From Euglena gracilis (Eukaryota), in assembly GCA_039621445.1 (NCBI GenBank), contig CP154954.1, positions 24,378,954 to 24,442,953 on the forward strand: a stretch of DNA of 64,000 nt. Direction: 5' to 3'. Numbering within the stretch: position 1 is the first letter of the stretch; the number at the start of each line of letters is the position of its first letter. This document shows positions 60,701 through 64,000 of the stretch, piece after piece. The notes beneath the pieces were generated by a model. It searched no databases and had not been told where the DNA came from. It was given only the letters and a program-made list of their open reading frames with translations. The position numbers were made by a program, and so were the translations under genes.

Positions 60701-63700
60701 AACATGGGCCGGAATGGTTCATTTGGGTGGTAGGGGAGCACTGGAGAGCGTGGTGCGGTCCCAAAGTAATCCTTCCCAGCTGGACCGGGGGGTCCAATCC
60801 CTCCACCCGCCACGCCCAACCTGCCCTTATACCAAAGCCTGCCCCCAACCCCTGGAGTCCAGCCAGCACTTTTGTCCAGCCAGCCGGCCGGAGCTGGCCC
60901 CCAGGCCCGGGTATGGGTTTCAGCACGAAGCACTGGACGATTTTGGGAAATGCTGTCCGACGGCCCAATTGTTGGGAGTGTCCCGGGGTGGTCCCACGCC
61001 AGGCTGGGTGAGGCAAGGGAACCCCGGGTCTTTTTTTTAAAAAAAAAGACCCGGCCCACAGGTTGGGGGGGGGGAGGGTTGGGCGTTTGGGGGATCCATA
61101 GTCTGGCAGGGAAAAAAGGTGCTGGCTGTCTGGACCTCCTCAGGGGGTGGGGTCCCCTGCAGCTTAAAAACTGATAATATGAAGCGAAAAAATAAAACAA
61201 ATATTGGGAGCAGCATCATAGAAGGGGAACGCTGCAACAACAGAGTACACTGGGTTTATCATACATGTGGCTATTTGTCTGCTGGAAACAGAGATGACAC
61301 AGAAATGTGCCGGACAAATCTTTCTAGGCCTTGGTATTTGCGGAGACTTTGCCATAAAATACCTTTCAACGTCTGTTCTTTTGTGTGGACAAATTTATCA
61401 TAACATCATAACCCCTGTGGGAAACTGCTCCAAACAAATCATTGAGCACAGAGGTGGGAGACAGGACCCTATACAGGGGGGATTGATGCCAAAGGAAATT
61501 GGATAAAATTTTGAGATGAAAAACTTCCTTGGTCTCGGCCAAAATAGCAAATTGTGTCCTGCCAATTTTCTTTCAATAGAAAACACTGGTTATTTTCTGG
61601 AAATTCTCAAAAAAAACATATGCAAAATCTGGCAACCTTGGCCAAAATGGTAGAAATTTGGCGGGATTTCGTTCTGCCAACATTTCCATTCCTCGATTGG
61701 TCATTCCCAATTGCCCCCAGTGAAGATACCAGGTCAGCGGGTACAGACGGTAGAGGGCAGTTTCCCAGCCCAGTTTGGGTCAGAGGAAAAAAGCTGATTA
61801 ATATTGATTTTCAGTCGTTGTCACCAGCAATGATCAGCTTACAAGGAGGTGTCACAGTCTGAACCAAAAATGGATTCTTACAGACACAGATTTTTCGGAG
61901 CAATATAGCTCAGTTCGTCTGCAAAACAGACATTAAAGCGAGTTCTTCACTGAATGCATGACTGATTTGCCTTTTGTCAAACTTAGGTGCGTTGAGCATC
62001 CATGCTGTGGGGCATAAAGCTGTCACTCCTCCCGGACCAATCCAACCAGACTTTGCCGCCATATACCTTTGAAGACCCCCAACCCCCTCTGCCCGTACGA
62101 GTCTCCCCAGATTGGACTTATCTCGTTGCACTCATCACCTTCCTTGCGCCCCCGCCCTCCCAAGCGTCTCGCAGCAACGGTTCCTGCTCCTTGCTGCCCA
62201 TGGAAAAGTACCCCCTGAAAAGAACACCCTTGCCCAATGAACAGGGGGTGTTCGGACCGTCTAGATTGCTACCATATGCTTTTTTTTGCTCGGCAAGGAA
62301 GTATTCCTTTGTTGCTTGTCCTCTCCTTACAGATGAGTTCCTCTCAGTTTTCTTTTGGTGGTAATGTTTCCGTTTGACCATCTGAAAACAAACGGATATG
62401 CATTTGCCGTTTCATTGTTGAACCTGAAGAAACTGATTAACAAGCACTCATCACTTGTTTTCTGACCAAGAGCAAGGTTATATTGTGAACCTTTAACCAT
62501 TCTCAAAGAATCTCAAACTTCTCGAAAATCTTGAAGCCTCGAAAAATCCGGAGGGCGGTACAAAGTGGGTTTAAAATGCAATCAAACCTTAAAAGGTTTG
62601 GAAAGGGGTTGAGTTGGCCGTTTTTTTGCTATTCCTGGTCACCTTTTGGCCACTCTGGTAATTGTTGACCAGTTTTTCGGCAATTTGCGTTCATTTTTGG
62701 TATTTTTGCAACAACAACCAGTGGCCATTTTTGCAACTTATGGCTTTCTTGGGCGTGTTTGCTCACTTGGAGCTTTTTTGGGGGCATTTTTGACCGCCTT
62801 TGGCTACTGCTTGCTGCCTCTGGCTCCTGTTGCTTGCTTTTGGCTGTCTTCGGAAGCTCTTGACTGTTTTCCACTGCTTTTTGGTCAGCTTTGGGCACCT
62901 TTTCCGCCGCCTTTGGTCGCTTCGGCCATTTTTCTTTTGGACAAAACCTTGACAAATCTCGAGGAGGGGGGGTCAAGCATCTCGACCACCTTGGACCCCC
63001 TCCCCCAAAGTCAAGATCAAGATCCAACCGAACCAAGCGAAATGCCATTCTGAAGGAAAAAAAAACTTTTCAATAACCTTGCCTGGGGGTTGTTTTGCAA
63101 TTAGCCAAACAATTCTTTCATTTAAATCCCCCTATTTACAAACCTTGCCTTCGGCCGGCCAAACAAATCAGGTTGTACGAACGCCGGGGGGACTTATAAG
63201 TGGTTTGGAGGTTTAGCTCCAACAATCGATCACTCACTTCAAGACGAAGGGCAACCTTATTGAAACCTGGTTGGCTGACGAGGGTGCTTGGTCACTAAAT
63301 TCAGATCCCTTCGGTGAGTGCCTCGCTGCACCTCCACTATTCACGCCGTGCAGAAGGCTTGCTTCCTGGCCTCAAACCGCATTCTTTGCTCCCCCTCACC
63401 TGCACTGTTTGTGTGAGGAGAGACCTGTGGCCGGTCTCTCCCCACCCCAGGGCTGTCCGCGAGGTCGACCACCCCCCACCCATCATGACTGGGGGTTCAT
63501 CCCCCTCCACCGGACCTTCCCATATTTCGGGGGCGATTTTTTGGTCAAACGTTTCTTGTTGTGGCTGGGGGTGGGTCGACGTCCCAAGACCTTCCTGTAC
63601 AGCCCTGCTCCACCCTACAACCGACATCTTTCTTTCCTTCCCCCCTCTATCGGCCATCCTATGTATTATGGTGTGCAGCGTTTGGACGGAATGGGAAGCG

Positions 63701-64000
63701 TTCTGTATCGTTTTTCTCGTCATTCTATTTTGGATTGCAGTATGAATCATCTTGCTCATTTTCTTGGGCACGAAAGGGAGAGTCCCCAAATAAACAAAAG
63801 AAACCCACTTTTCACACATTCCCATCCCTGCAAAGGGGGTGGGGGGGTAGTGGTTAAATTAGTGCATGTAAACTGACACAAACGAGAACGTAATGCAAAA
63901 GGAATCAGCATTTTGCGAGTCCTTATTTTTTTGCAGAGCAAGATATATTGTGCTTCTGGAGAATTGGGGTTGAACCTAAAACTTTGCTCCTATTTCTTCA
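57495..64000 (+). repeat. Direct duplication 57495-58910 / 62425-64000 (runs off the window end)
   Basis: Near-identical from ~57820/62905 onward (ORFs at 58183 and 63271 are almost the same; offset 5088); the upstream part is more diverged. Confidence 0.95.

Overview
Repeat-dominated eukaryotic (probably protist) DNA. I found no intact host gene, rRNA, tRNA or CRISPR array. The window is a mosaic of nested and decayed mobile elements. (i) Many hAT-type MITEs with CAGG...CCTG (or TAGG/CAAG) terminal inverted repeats and 8-bp target-site duplications. (ii) Elements flanked by TA, of Tc1/mariner/pogo type. (iii) A decayed APE-RT-RNaseH-CCHC non-LTR retrotransposon (40966-46226) whose ORF1 5' half appears inverted to the minus strand (38860-39579). 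(iv) A Ty3/Gypsy gag-protease remnant. (v) A GC-rich fragment resembling a Polinton-like-virus PolB gene. (vi) Two diverged, colinear copies of a ~9 kb unknown element. (vii) Two copies of an element punctuated by TTTGCGCATTTGCGCAAA-type hairpins whose internal segments are in different orientations. (viii) Microsatellites and ~10-bp periodic AAAATGGCC tracts. The most notable themes are repeated segment inversions (some with a lone MITE terminus at the breakpoint), a GNA-triloop hairpin shared by unrelated MITEs, and a MITE+TSD geometry matching euglenid non-conventional introns. The euglenid origin is a hypothesis only. All alignments were made by eye, and long homopolymers mean some frameshifts could be sequencing errors.
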